Shown here: positions 1-8,345 of the stretch, piece after piece
How the letters are laid out: every line of letters starts with the position of its first letter
Position numbering within the stretch: position 1 is the first letter of the stretch
From: Collinsella sp.
GTDB taxonomy: Bacteria > Actinomycetota > Coriobacteriia > Coriobacteriales > Coriobacteriaceae
Assembly (NCBI GenBank): GCA_048367555.1
Contig: DBGCAP010000001.1
Span: 2,578-66,577, forward strand
Length of the DNA: 64,000 bases
Direction: 5' to 3'
Program-made: the position numbers and the translations under genes
The notes under the pieces: model-generated
What the model was told of the DNA's origin: nothing
Seen by the model: the letters and a program-made list of their open reading frames with translations, nothing else
Databases searched by the model: none

Positions 1-205
1 TGGGGTCGCTCATGCGCGAGACGCCGCCTGCGGCACGGATGTCGGCCGGGATGCGCTCGAGTGCCATGACGGCGCAGGCGCCTGCCTCTTCGGCGATGCG
101 CGCCTGCTCGGGCGTGGTGACGTCCATGATGACGCCGCCCTTGAGCATCTGCGCGAGCTCGCGATTGAGTTTGACGCGATCGGCCTTGCTGGTCTGTTCT
201 GCCAT
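1..205 (-). CDS. pdxS: Pyridoxal 5'-phosphate synthase lyase subunit PdxS, N-terminal part; the gene continues beyond the window edge
   Basis: My own reverse-strand translation from the ATG at 203-205 gives [68 protein letters not shown]. This is the canonical PdxS/SNZ N-terminus. It is not in the ORF track because it runs off the window. Confidence 0.9.
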   Translation of the reverse strand, partial: MAEQTSKADRVKLNRELAQMLKGGVIMDVTTPEQARIAEEAGACAVMALERIPADIRAAGGVSRMSDP

Positions 206-297
206 GGTTGCTCCCTTGGTTGGCATGTGCATTGCTTGACGGAACATCCTATCGGGGAGCTGGGTATGGCGAAATACTCAGTTATCGAGATAATAAC

Positions 298-339
298 AAG
301 GTCAGACTAATACCAGATTGAATGACTTTATAAGGTCAG
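298..339. promoter_or_regulatory. Candidate PdxR (MocR-type) operator: direct repeat AAGGTCAG at 298-305 and 332-339, offset 34 bp, in the pdxS-pdxR divergent region
   Basis: An exact 8-bp direct repeat is seen in the sequence, with an ATACCA hexamer at 310-315 between the copies. MocR/GabR-type regulators are known to bind direct repeats spaced by about 3 helical turns. The functional assignment is inference. Confidence 0.3.
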
Positions 340-350
340 GTGACAAATTC

Positions 351-1790
351 ATGCTTGACTACAATTTGGAAAAACGCGGCGAAGCATCGCTTTATGAGTA
401 TGTTTACCAGCAAATTCGAGATGATATCGTTGCTGGACGTATTGCGGCGGGGGAGCATTTGCCGTCTAAGCGCGCCTTTGCCACTCATCTGGGAATCAGT
501 GTCATTACCATCGAGAATGCATATAGCCAGTTACTTGCCGAGGGCTATATTTGCTCAAAGCCGCGGCGTGGCTACTACGCATGTGAGCTTCCGGATGCAC
601 CGGTTTTGCCTTCGGCTACGGGGAACATCGACCGAGATACCGTCTCTGTGGACCCCAGCGCGCATGATGTCAACGGACAGGTCGAGCGATTCGATGTGCT
701 TTCTCCTTCCGCTTTGGAGGCGGCGCGGCTTTGGCAAGGCACGCTACGGGCGACGCTGACATCCGAAGACGAGTGCGAGATTTTTTCGCCCGCACCGGCA
801 CAGGGCACCGCTCGGCTACGACGCGCTATTGCTCACCATCTGCGTGGGACGAGGGGCATGAATGTCGATCCCAATAACATCGTTATCGGCGCGGGCGCCC
901 AGCTGCTCGATACCATGTTGGTTCAGTTGCTTGGCGCGGACAAGGTGTATGCCGTTGAGGACCCGGGCTATTTGCGCTTGACGCGCATCTATCAGGCTAT
1001 GGGCTGCAAAGTTCGACATATCCCGTTGGATGATGACGGCGTGGACCTGAGCACTCTGCAGAAAAGCGGGACCGATGTCCTTCACCTGATGCCGTCCCAT
1101 CAGTATCCGACCGGCCTTGTGACGAGCATTGCGCGTCGCTATGCCCTGCTGAGCTGGGTCGCCGAGCAGCCGGGCCGGTATCTCATCGAAGATGACTTTG
1201 ATTGTGAGTTTCGCCTTGCTGGTAAGCCGATTCCCGCGCTCGCGTCGATCGATGCCGCCCAGTCGGTTATCTACACCAACACGTTTTCGAAGAGCCTGTC
1301 ATCGGCGTTGCGTCTAGCGTACATGGTGTTGCCCGATGAGCTGATGGAGCGGTTTAGGCGCAACCTTGGTTTTTACGCCTCGTCGGTGAGCTCTGTTGAC
1401 CAGGTCGCTTTGGCGCGTTTGCTGGAATCGGGTGATTACGAGCGGCATGTGAACCGCGTGCGTGTTCGTGCTCGCGAGGCGCGTGATGGCCTGGCGGCGC
1501 TTGTACGGAAAGCGTTTCCGGCAGGGGAGGTCTCGATCGAGCATGCGGACGCGGGCCTTTACTGCACTGTGGTTGCGGAGCGCGGAACGGGTGGAAGCTC
1601 TTTTGTGCGGGCCCTCACGCGCTCGGGTATTCCGTTTATCGATATCAGTGACTGTTATTGGTGTGCCGATGGTGCATTTGTCCCTGAAAACTCGACTCAA
1701 ATTCTTGTCCAGTATGACGATCTGGGTCCGGAAGTGCTTAATAACTTGGAACTGCAGCCAATGGGGGCACTCTGCAACCTAAGTGAGTAG
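351..1790 (+). CDS. pdxR: MocR/GntR-family PLP-dependent transcriptional regulator (PdxR-like): N-terminal winged HTH plus class-I aminotransferase-fold domain
   Basis: The N-terminus (LYEYVYQQIRDDIVAGRIAAGEHLPSKRAFATHLGISVITIENAYSQLLAEGYI) is a GntR-type HTH. The remainder is aminotransferase-like, including a TFSKSL lysine motif. The gene is divergent from pdxS. The track starts at TTG 318; ATG 351 is preferred. The last codons and the stop lie inside MITE copy A. Confidence 0.85.
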   Translation: MLDYNLEKRGEASLYEYVYQQIRDDIVAGRIAAGEHLPSKRAFATHLGISVITIENAYSQLLAEGYICSKPRRGYYACELPDAPVLPSATGNIDRDTVSVDPSAHDVNGQVERFDVLSPSALEAARLWQGTLRATLTSEDECEIFSPAPAQGTARLRRAIAHHLRGTRGMNVDPNNIVIGAGAQLLDTMLVQLLGADKVYAVEDPGYLRLTRIYQAMGCKVRHIPLDDDGVDLSTLQKSGTDVLHLMPSHQYPTGLVTSIARRYALLSWVAEQPGRYLIEDDFDCEFRLAGKPIPALASIDAAQSVIYTNTFSKSLSSALRLAYMVLPDELMERFRRNLGFYASSVSSVDQVALARLLESGDYERHVNRVRVRAREARDGLAALVRKAFPAGEVSIEHADAGLYCTVVAERGTGGSSFVRALTRSGIPFIDISDCYWCADGAFVPENSTQILVQYDDLGPEVLNNLELQPMGALCNLSE

Positions 1791-1900
1791 ACTTTTGGAA
1801 CTTTGGCGACCAGGCAGTTTTGTAACAAGTCATTTACCTGCGACTTTATAAAGCAATATGGATGGTCTGCGCGGCAAGTTCGAAAAAGTCTACTCACTTG
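1779..1900. mobile_element. MITE-like element, copy A (about 122 bp, terminal inverted repeats CTAAGTGAGTAGACTTTT / AAAAGTCTACTCACTT)
   Basis: Left end CTAAGTGAGTAGACTTTTGG is at 1779-1798 and right end CGAAAAAGTCTACTCACTTG at 1881-1900. The interior shares the ATTTACCTGCG core with copies B and C. It has no coding capacity. Confidence 0.75.
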
Positions 1901-2075
1901 CCGCGCAAAGCTTCTGCATGAGAAAAAATGGGGTTTTCAACAGTGCTTCGTCCAGCTTTCGGCAAGCTTTTGGTCAGTTGGGGAGGGCTGTTGAAAACTT
2001 AGCAGTCCGTTCGGTGCCATTTTTGTTGCGTTCGCGCCAATGCGAGACCGACTGGGTTGAAATCCGTGTTTTCCT

Positions 2076-3209
2076 GTGCCTATGAAGGATCTACTTTGTG
2101 ACATATCGGCTTTTAGGTACTGGCGTTTGCCTCCTCAAGTCCGCGCTTTGTGTCCGCCGCTTCCACGACCGGAAGAAGACCGGCAGCGATATGATCTCGC
2201 CCGCAACCCGACGGCTGCAGTCGCGCTCGGTTTTCCGTTGTATACATTAGTTCGGACGAGAAACAAACGGACTTGCCCTGCCAGCATTAGGCAGCGGCTG
2301 TTCCTTGGTGAACTCCCCAGGGAATCTGTGCTGGAAACGGAGCATGGATTTTTGGTCACGTCCCCTCTACTGACGGCATTTATCATGTCTCGACATCTGA
2401 CGGATCTCCAGCTTCTTTTTGTGTTGGCGGAGATGTGTGGCTTGTTTGCGGTGTGCGCTCTGCCGGTGGCGCTTGAGGCGGAGCTTTCGCGTGCAATTGA
2501 TTCGGGCGCGATTTCGACAACGTTCGGTTGGGTGCGCTGCCCGTCCGAGGACGGCATCACTTCAAATTTATGGCGTCGAGACGCTTTGGTTTTGGGCAGA
2601 GACCTTGACCGTTTTTGTTCAGATGTTTGCGGGATGCGTCACGGCAATAGATTTATGGCGGTATCGCAATTCGTTCCATTGGGTGCCGCGTCGCCTTTTG
2701 AGGTCGAGGCGTATTTGTTGCTTGGACTGCCGCGAGCCCTGGGGGGCGAAGGGTTTTGCGGCATAGAGCTCAATGTCGAAGTGACGCTAAGCACAAGTGC
2801 TCGAGCGATTGTGGGAAAGTCCCGTGTATATATCGACCTACTTCTCTCTTCGCCGGATGGCAAGCGACAGGTGGCCATTGAATGTCAGGGAAAGGCCTCG
2901 CACGGACGCGCAGGGGATGGCTTGCGTGACGCTGACCGCATGACAGCCCTTCAGGCCATGGGCTACGATGTACTTCTCCTGACACACAGACAGATATCCG
3001 ATGAGGATAGATTCCGCGCGATCGTTAAGGCCGTATGCAGGATGCTCGATGCTGAATATCGTGATAAAAGCTCAGATGAGCAAAGGGCTGAGACATTACT
3101 CCGGTCTGAACTATTCGTTGACTGGACAAAATTGGGAGTAATTGACGGAAAGATGCCCGTTAGACACAAAATGGCTCGATCGTGGACGGCTGCGAATCTA
3201 AGTGAGTAG
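2076..3209 (+). CDS. DUF559/Vsr-like PD-(D/E)xK endonuclease-fold protein (C-terminal domain); the N-terminal region is uncharacterised
   Basis: The C-terminal block RVYIDLLLSSPDGKRQVAIECQGKASHGRAGDGLRDADRMTALQAMGYDVLLLTHRQI fits the DUF559 pattern (D..(V/A)(I)E.(D/Q)G ... D..R...L...G..V.R). The ORF is flanked by MITE copies A and B, and its stop codon lies in copy B. Confidence 0.6.
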   Translation: MPMKDLLCDISAFRYWRLPPQVRALCPPLPRPEEDRQRYDLARNPTAAVALGFPLYTLVRTRNKRTCPASIRQRLFLGELPRESVLETEHGFLVTSPLLTAFIMSRHLTDLQLLFVLAEMCGLFAVCALPVALEAELSRAIDSGAISTTFGWVRCPSEDGITSNLWRRDALVLGRDLDRFCSDVCGMRHGNRFMAVSQFVPLGAASPFEVEAYLLLGLPRALGGEGFCGIELNVEVTLSTSARAIVGKSRVYIDLLLSSPDGKRQVAIECQGKASHGRAGDGLRDADRMTALQAMGYDVLLLTHRQISDEDRFRAIVKAVCRMLDAEYRDKSSDEQRAETLLRSELFVDWTKLGVIDGKMPVRHKMARSWTAANLSE

Positions 3210-3320
3210 ACTTTTGGCACTTTGGCGACTAGGTCGTTTTGCAACAAGGCATTTACCTGCGGCTTTATAAAGTGATATGGATGGTCTGCTCGGCAAGTTC
3301 CAAAAAGTCTACTCACTTAG
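3198..3320. mobile_element. MITE-like element, copy B (123 bp)
   Basis: CTAAGTGAGTAGACTTTTGG at 3198-3217 and CCAAAAAGTCTACTCACTTAG at 3300-3320. The interior is about 85% identical by eye to copy A. Confidence 0.8.
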
Positions 3321-3385
3321 TTTTTGACGAGAAGCCGATGCCGAAGACGGTCCTATTTCAGGGCGTTAACAAGTTCGTGAGGCAC

Positions 3386-3417
3386 GAAAAAGGCCCGGAC
3401 CAATACGGTCCGGGCCT
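3386..3417 (-). terminator. Rho-independent terminator of the rubrerythrin gene
   Basis: The minus strand reads AGGCCCGGACC-gtat-TGGTCCGGGCCT followed by TTTTTCG, about 35 nt downstream of the stop at 3452. Confidence 0.75.
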
Positions 3418-3451
3418 CATCGAGCTAGAGGTTATGTCTCAAGCGGTTGGC

Positions 3452-4012
3452 TTAGCCAAAGTAGCGCTTAAGCAGGCCGGCAAAAGCTTTGCCGTGGCGG
3501 GCCTCGTCACGAGCCATCTCGTGCACGGTGTCGTGGATGGCATCGAGGCCAGCGGCCTTGGCGCGCTTAGCAAGATCGGTCTTGCCGGCGGTGGCGCCGT
3601 TCTCGGCCTCAACGCGCATCTCGAGGTTCTTCTTGGTAGAGTCGGTCACGACCTCGCCCAGGAGCTCAGCGAACTTGGCGGCGTGCTCGGCCTCCTCGTG
3701 GGCAGCCTTCTCCCAGTACAGGCCGATCTCGGGATAGCCCTCGCGATGAGCGACGCGAGCCATGGCCAGGTACATACCGACCTCGGAGCACTCGCCCTCA
3801 AAGTTGGCGCGCAGGTCGGCAACGATGTCCTCAGAGACACCCTCCATCTTGGCGACGCCCACGACGTGCTCGGCGGCCCACTCGAGCTGGCCCTCCTCCT
3901 GCTTCAGGAAACGAGAACCGGGAACGCCGCACTGGGGGCACTTAAAATCCTCGGGCAGCTGGTCGCCGTCGAACTCTTCCACATAACCGCAAACGGGGCA
4001 AACAAACTTCAT
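3452..4012 (-). CDS. rbr: Reverse rubrerythrin (N-terminal rubredoxin-like CxxC...CxxC domain plus C-terminal ferritin-like diiron domain)
   Basis: [14 protein letters not shown]...KCPQCGVPG is followed by ExxH diiron motifs (EGECSE, EEAEH, EARH). The start at 4010-4012 has the RBS AAAGGA upstream. The track's longer ORF to 4117 lacks an RBS. Confidence 0.9.
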   Translation of the reverse strand: MKFVCPVCGYVEEFDGDQLPEDFKCPQCGVPGSRFLKQEEGQLEWAAEHVVGVAKMEGVSEDIVADLRANFEGECSEVGMYLAMARVAHREGYPEIGLYWEKAAHEEAEHAAKFAELLGEVVTDSTKKNLEMRVEAENGATAGKTDLAKRAKAAGLDAIHDTVHEMARDEARHGKAFAGLLKRYFG

Positions 4013-4234
4013 GATTCGATCCTTTCGATCGATGGCGATTGCGCGCTCGTCCGGTCCCGTAAGGGCCCTCTCCGGACGTGCGTCTTGACGAGTTCTATTA
4101 TCCATAAATGCAACCAAATGTGAAGCCTATTAGGAATGATTTTTAATAAAACAATTTTGAGATATGAAGATGTTGATTGATTAACGATTGGCAGGCCGTC
4201 TTTGACCGCCGCTGAGTACAATCGGGCGAGCAAA

Positions 4235-4250
4235 TGTTGACCTATCAACA
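4235..4250. promoter_or_regulatory. Perfect palindrome TGTTGA-ccta-TCAACA immediately upstream of the ADH RBS; candidate operator
   Basis: Seen in the sequence between the AT-rich divergent promoter region (4120-4200) and the GAAGGAG RBS at 4254-4260. The cognate regulator is unknown. Confidence 0.25.
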
Positions 4251-4268
4251 AATGAAGGAGTTTCCTTT

Positions 4269-5489
4269 ATGCATCTAGCCCGTCGTGCCTGGTGCCGAAC
4301 ATATCAGACGGTTTTTCGCATTGCATTGCCGATCCTGCCCTATACCGAGCCGCGCATTTTAGAGCATGCCGAGGATGTGCCCGCGGTGCTTCAAAAGCGC
4401 TCGATCCAGAAGGTCCTTATCGTGACGGATCCCGGCATTGCCCGTCTGGGGCTCACGGCACCGCTCGAGACGGCGCTCGCATCCAGGGGGATTGGCGTTA
4501 CGGTCTATGCCGAAACGCGTGCAAACCCCACGGTTTCAAACGTGGAAGAAGCGGCGTCCCTGTATCGAGAGAGCGCCTGCCAGGCCATTATCGGCTTTGG
4601 CGGTGGCTCGGCCATGGACTGTGCCAAGGGCGTGGGCGCACGCATTGCGCAGCCAAACAAGCCCATCAACAAGATGCGCGGCCTGCTGCGGATTCATCGT
4701 CGCCTGCCGCCGCTCATCGCCGTTCCCACTACCGCCGGTACGGGAAGCGAAGCCACGCTTGCGGCGGTAATTACCGATGACGGGACGCACTACAAATACC
4801 CCATTAACGACTTTGTGCTCATCCCGCGTTTTGCAGTCCACGACCCCGAGTTTACGTGCGGCTTGCCCGCTTCCATTACGGGGCAGACGGGCATGGACGC
4901 CCTGACGCATGCCGTTGAGGCCTTTATCGGGCGAAGCACCACGCCCTATACGCGCAAGATGGCGCGACAGGCGGTGCAGCTTATCCACGACAATTTGCTC
5001 GAGGCCTATGAGCATGGTGACGACATGTGCGCTCGTCGCAATATGCTTTTGGCGGCGTATAAGGCGGGCGTTGCGTTTACCCGCTCCTATGTCGGATATG
5101 TGCATGCCATCGCGCACAGTTTGGGCGGCCGATACGGAATTCCGCACGGTTTGGCCAACGCGATCATCCTGCCGCACATGCTTCGCGCTTATGGTGACGC
5201 CGCCGCCCCCAAGCTTGCCGATCTTGCTCACATGGCGGGCATTGCGCCGGCTACCGCGCAGGATAGTCTTGCGGCCGAGGCCTTTATCGATTGGGTCGAC
5301 CGCATGAACGAGGCCCTGGGAATCCCCAAATATGTTTTGGGCATTCGCCGCTCTGACATTCCCGAGATGGCGGCGCATGCCGATGCCGAGGCCAATCCGC
5401 TATACCCCGTTCCGCTTCTAATGGACCGCTTGGAGCTCGAGCATATGTACGAAGTCGTTGCAGGTGGTATGTTTGAGGACGAGAATTAG
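4269..5489 (+). CDS. Iron-containing (group III) alcohol dehydrogenase
   Basis: Fe-ADH family features: GFGGGSAMDCAKG, PTTAGTGSE, and the HAIAHSLGGRYGIPHG metal-binding histidines. Confidence 0.9.
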   Translation: MHLARRAWCRTYQTVFRIALPILPYTEPRILEHAEDVPAVLQKRSIQKVLIVTDPGIARLGLTAPLETALASRGIGVTVYAETRANPTVSNVEEAASLYRESACQAIIGFGGGSAMDCAKGVGARIAQPNKPINKMRGLLRIHRRLPPLIAVPTTAGTGSEATLAAVITDDGTHYKYPINDFVLIPRFAVHDPEFTCGLPASITGQTGMDALTHAVEAFIGRSTTPYTRKMARQAVQLIHDNLLEAYEHGDDMCARRNMLLAAYKAGVAFTRSYVGYVHAIAHSLGGRYGIPHGLANAIILPHMLRAYGDAAAPKLADLAHMAGIAPATAQDSLAAEAFIDWVDRMNEALGIPKYVLGIRRSDIPEMAAHADAEANPLYPVPLLMDRLELEHMYEVVAGGMFEDEN

Positions 5490-5497
5490 GAGGGTCC

Positions 5498-6877
5498 ATG
5501 AACACCGAGGAAATTGCGCGCATCGTCGGCGATCAGCGCGCCTACTTTAAGACGCACGCCACGTTTGATGTCGATGCTCGACGTCGCGCGCTCGTGAGTT
5601 TACGCGATGCGGTGCGGGCCCACGAGGCCGATATCGCCCATGCGCTCAAGACCGATTTGGGGAAGTCGCATGACGAGGCCTATATGTGCGAGATTGGTAC
5701 GTCGCTTTCCGAGATTCGACATCAGATCGCTCACGTGGCTCGATGGAGTCGTCCGCGCCTGCGTCCGTGCGATCTCGCTAACGCCGTGAGCGTGTGCAAA
5801 ACGCAAGCCGTGCCCTATGGCGTCACACTCATCATGGCTCCGTGGAACTACCCGTTTTTGCTAACACTCGAGCCGCTCGCCGGCGCCCTTGCCGCGGGCA
5901 ATACCGTGGTCATCAAGCCGAGTGCCTATGCTCCGGCATCGAGCGCGGTGCTCAAGCAAATCTGTGAAGAGGCATTTGATCCGTGCCTGGTGACGGTTGT
6001 CGAGGGCGGGCGCGCCGAAAACGAAGCGCTGCTCGATGAGTGCTGGGACAAGATTTTCTTTACCGGTAGCGTTCCGGTCGGCAAACTCGTCATGGAGCGC
6101 GCAAGTAAAAACCTTACGCCCGTGACGCTTGAGCTGGGCGGAAAGAGCCCCTGCATTGTGGATGCGACGGCAAACTTGAAGGTTGCGGCGCGGCGTATCG
6201 CCTTTGGTAAATGGCTCAACGTGGGGCAGACCTGCGTGGCGCCCGACTACCTGCTGGTCGATGCGCGCGTGCACGACGAGCTGCTGGACCTCATCAGGGA
6301 AGAGGCCCGCCGTATGTTTGGCGAGCATCCGCTCGATAACGGGGATTATGGGCATATCGTCAACGCCAAGCATTTTGCGCGCGTGCGTGGGCTGATCGAT
6401 CCCGATAAGGTCGTGCTGGGAGGCACGGCGCGCGAGTCATCGCTCAAGATTGAGCCGACGATTTTGGACGGCGTGACCCCCGATGACGCCGTGATGCAGG
6501 AGGAGATTTTCGGCCCCATCTTGTCGGTGCTGACGTTTGAGAGCCTAGACGAGGCCGAGACGTTTATTACGGATCGTCCGACGCCGCTGGCTCTGTATAT
6601 CTTTAGCCAGGATCGCGCAGTTCAGCAGCGCTTTGTGCGTTACGTGCCCTTTGGCGGTGGCTGTGTCAACGACACGATCATGCACTTGGCTACGAGCCAT
6701 ATGGGCTTTGGCGGCATGGGCGCGAGCGGTATGGGGCAGTACCATGGACGCGAGAGCTTCGATACGTTTAGCCACAAGAAGAGTATCGTGAACAAGGCAA
6801 CTTGGCTGGACGTGCCGTTTCGGTATGCGCCCTACGCAAGCTGGAAGCACAAGTTCGTGCGCATGTTTGTGCATTAG
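5498..6877 (+). CDS. NAD(P)+-dependent aldehyde dehydrogenase (ALDH class-3-like)
   Basis: ALDH motifs ELGGKSP, the catalytic-Cys region GQTCVAPDY, and EEIFGPIL. It sits 8 nt downstream of the ADH gene, so it is probably in the same operon. Confidence 0.9.
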   Translation: MNTEEIARIVGDQRAYFKTHATFDVDARRRALVSLRDAVRAHEADIAHALKTDLGKSHDEAYMCEIGTSLSEIRHQIAHVARWSRPRLRPCDLANAVSVCKTQAVPYGVTLIMAPWNYPFLLTLEPLAGALAAGNTVVIKPSAYAPASSAVLKQICEEAFDPCLVTVVEGGRAENEALLDECWDKIFFTGSVPVGKLVMERASKNLTPVTLELGGKSPCIVDATANLKVAARRIAFGKWLNVGQTCVAPDYLLVDARVHDELLDLIREEARRMFGEHPLDNGDYGHIVNAKHFARVRGLIDPDKVVLGGTARESSLKIEPTILDGVTPDDAVMQEEIFGPILSVLTFESLDEAETFITDRPTPLALYIFSQDRAVQQRFVRYVPFGGGCVNDTIMHLATSHMGFGGMGASGMGQYHGRESFDTFSHKKSIVNKATWLDVPFRYAPYASWKHKFVRMFVH

Positions 6878-7142
6878 AATCAGATGACATAGGGGCAAAC
6901 AAAATAGCCGCCCCCGCGTAAGCGAAGACGGCCACTTCTCACGATGAAAACGTGTATCGGAGTTGGCAAGACCCGCTGCCGCGGGTGCCATTCGTGCTCC
7001 TATCTTATCTGCAAGCGCTCTGTCTCGCAGACGTTGCAGCAAATGGGTGAAAGGTGCGAGCGGGCGAATTCGTGTCCGCACGAGTTCGTAGACTTCTCAC
7101 TAAGGTTAAGCGCCGGTTTATCCGGCCGTTAGAGGAGCTGCC

Positions 7143-7469
7143 ATGTACGAGCCTTCGCGTGTTCTTTTGTCGTTTCATATCGCAGGATTTCAGTATGCCG
7201 ACGGTGCCTTGGTCCTGGGCGATCTTAAGGTTGGCGATAAGCTGACGCTGTGTGCCGAGCGCGATAATCCCCATGACCCTGAGGCGGTTGCGATCTACTA
7301 CGACGATACCAAGCTTGGGTATGTTCCGGGAAACGAGGTCGGCCCACTGTCCTTGATGATGTATTACGGCCACGAGGACGTTTTTGAGGCCCGCGTACAG
7401 CAGGTTGCGCCCGAGCGCAGCCCCTGGCATCAGGTGCGCGTTGGCCTTTATGTGGTGGATGCTCGCTAG
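7143..7469 (+). CDS. Stand-alone HIRAN-domain protein
   Basis: HIAGFQYADG...GDKLTLCAERDNPHDPEAVAIYYDDTKLGYVP matches the HIRAN signature (G.qy....l..G..l.l..ep.NpyD.nAi.v......lGyvp). RBS GAGGAG. Confidence 0.75.
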   Translation: MYEPSRVLLSFHIAGFQYADGALVLGDLKVGDKLTLCAERDNPHDPEAVAIYYDDTKLGYVPGNEVGPLSLMMYYGHEDVFEARVQQVAPERSPWHQVRVGLYVVDAR

Positions 7470-7475
7470 CCGGCA

Positions 7476-7667
7476 ATGGAGACTGTCATGTTTGATGACG
7501 ATGACCTGTTCGATTTGACGGATGATCCGTTTGTGTGGGATCTGCTACTCGACGACGATGAGCTGGAGCAGGACCGTAAGAAGCGGCAGGACAAGAATGC
7601 CCAGGGTGACGCTTCGAAAAAGCAAGAGAAGCACCGCCGCGGACTGTTCGGCGGGCTCTTTGGATAA
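7476..7667 (+). CDS. Small hypothetical protein with a strongly acidic N-half and a basic C-half
   Basis: The ORF is tightly packed between the HIRAN and phosphoesterase genes. A GGAG lies 7 nt before the alternative ATG at 7488. I recognise no homology. It is low-complexity, so coding status is uncertain. Confidence 0.35.
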   Translation: METVMFDDDDLFDLTDDPFVWDLLLDDDELEQDRKKRQDKNAQGDASKKQEKHRRGLFGGLFG

Positions 7668-7733
7668 CCGCCGCATCGCTGCATCTGTATACTTAGCACG
7701 AGTTTGACACATTGCGAAATGAGGACAGAGACG

Positions 7734-8279
7734 ATGATGTGGTTTACCGCCGACCTGCACCTGGGCGATACGAATATCTTGCACGATATGGATCGGCCGT
7801 TTGATTCGGTCGAGGAGATGAACCGCAAGGTCATCGCTGCCATCAATGAGTGCGTGGCGGCGGACGACCGTCTTTATATCCTGGGTGACTTTACCTATCG
7901 CTTGCCCCTAGCGGATGCTGTGCGCCTTCGCGAGCGTATCGAATGCAAGAATGTGACACTCATCCGTGGCAACCATGACGGCGACTGGGAAGATCCGGAC
8001 GCGCCGCGCATTTGGGATGAGGTGCGCGATTATCTGGAGGTTGCTCCCGGCTATGCCAAGGGCCACCGTCTGGTTATGAGCCACTACCCCATGCTCAGCT
8101 GGAACGGCAAGGCGCGCGGCGCCATCATGCTGCACGGGCATATCCACAGCAGGGGAGACCGCGCCAACGCGCGCAACCGCGACCGCGAACGTCCTATCCT
8201 TCGCTACGATGTCGGCCTCGACGCCAACGAGTACAAGCCCGTAAGCCGCGATCAGATTCTTAGCTTCTTTGGGCTATAG
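7734..8279 (+). CDS. Calcineurin-like metallophosphoesterase
   Basis: Motifs D-x-H (FTADLHLGD), GD (YILGDF), GNHD (RGNHD) and GH-x-H (LHGHIH). RBS GAGGA lies before ATG 7734. Confidence 0.8.
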   Translation: MMWFTADLHLGDTNILHDMDRPFDSVEEMNRKVIAAINECVAADDRLYILGDFTYRLPLADAVRLRERIECKNVTLIRGNHDGDWEDPDAPRIWDEVRDYLEVAPGYAKGHRLVMSHYPMLSWNGKARGAIMLHGHIHSRGDRANARNRDRERPILRYDVGLDANEYKPVSRDQILSFFGL

Positions 8280-8324
8280 GGCGCCAGAACCACCACAAAG
8301 GGGACAGGCACCTTTGTGGTGGTT
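8280..8324. repeat. REP-like palindromic element, left copy (it probably also terminates the phosphoesterase gene)
   Basis: GGCGCCAGAACCACCACAAAGG-GGACAGGCA-CCTTTGTGGTGGTT. A related copy lies at 9120-9162. Confidence 0.6.
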
Positions 8325-8345
8325 TTCACATAGATTGGAGTCGCT

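Noticed and set aside
3239-4123. 294-aa + strand ORF, and the 329-aa minus-strand ORF at 8274-9263
   Set aside because: They are antisense to rubrerythrin and to the ChbG/YdjC gene respectively. The real genes have diagnostic motifs, RBSs and terminators.
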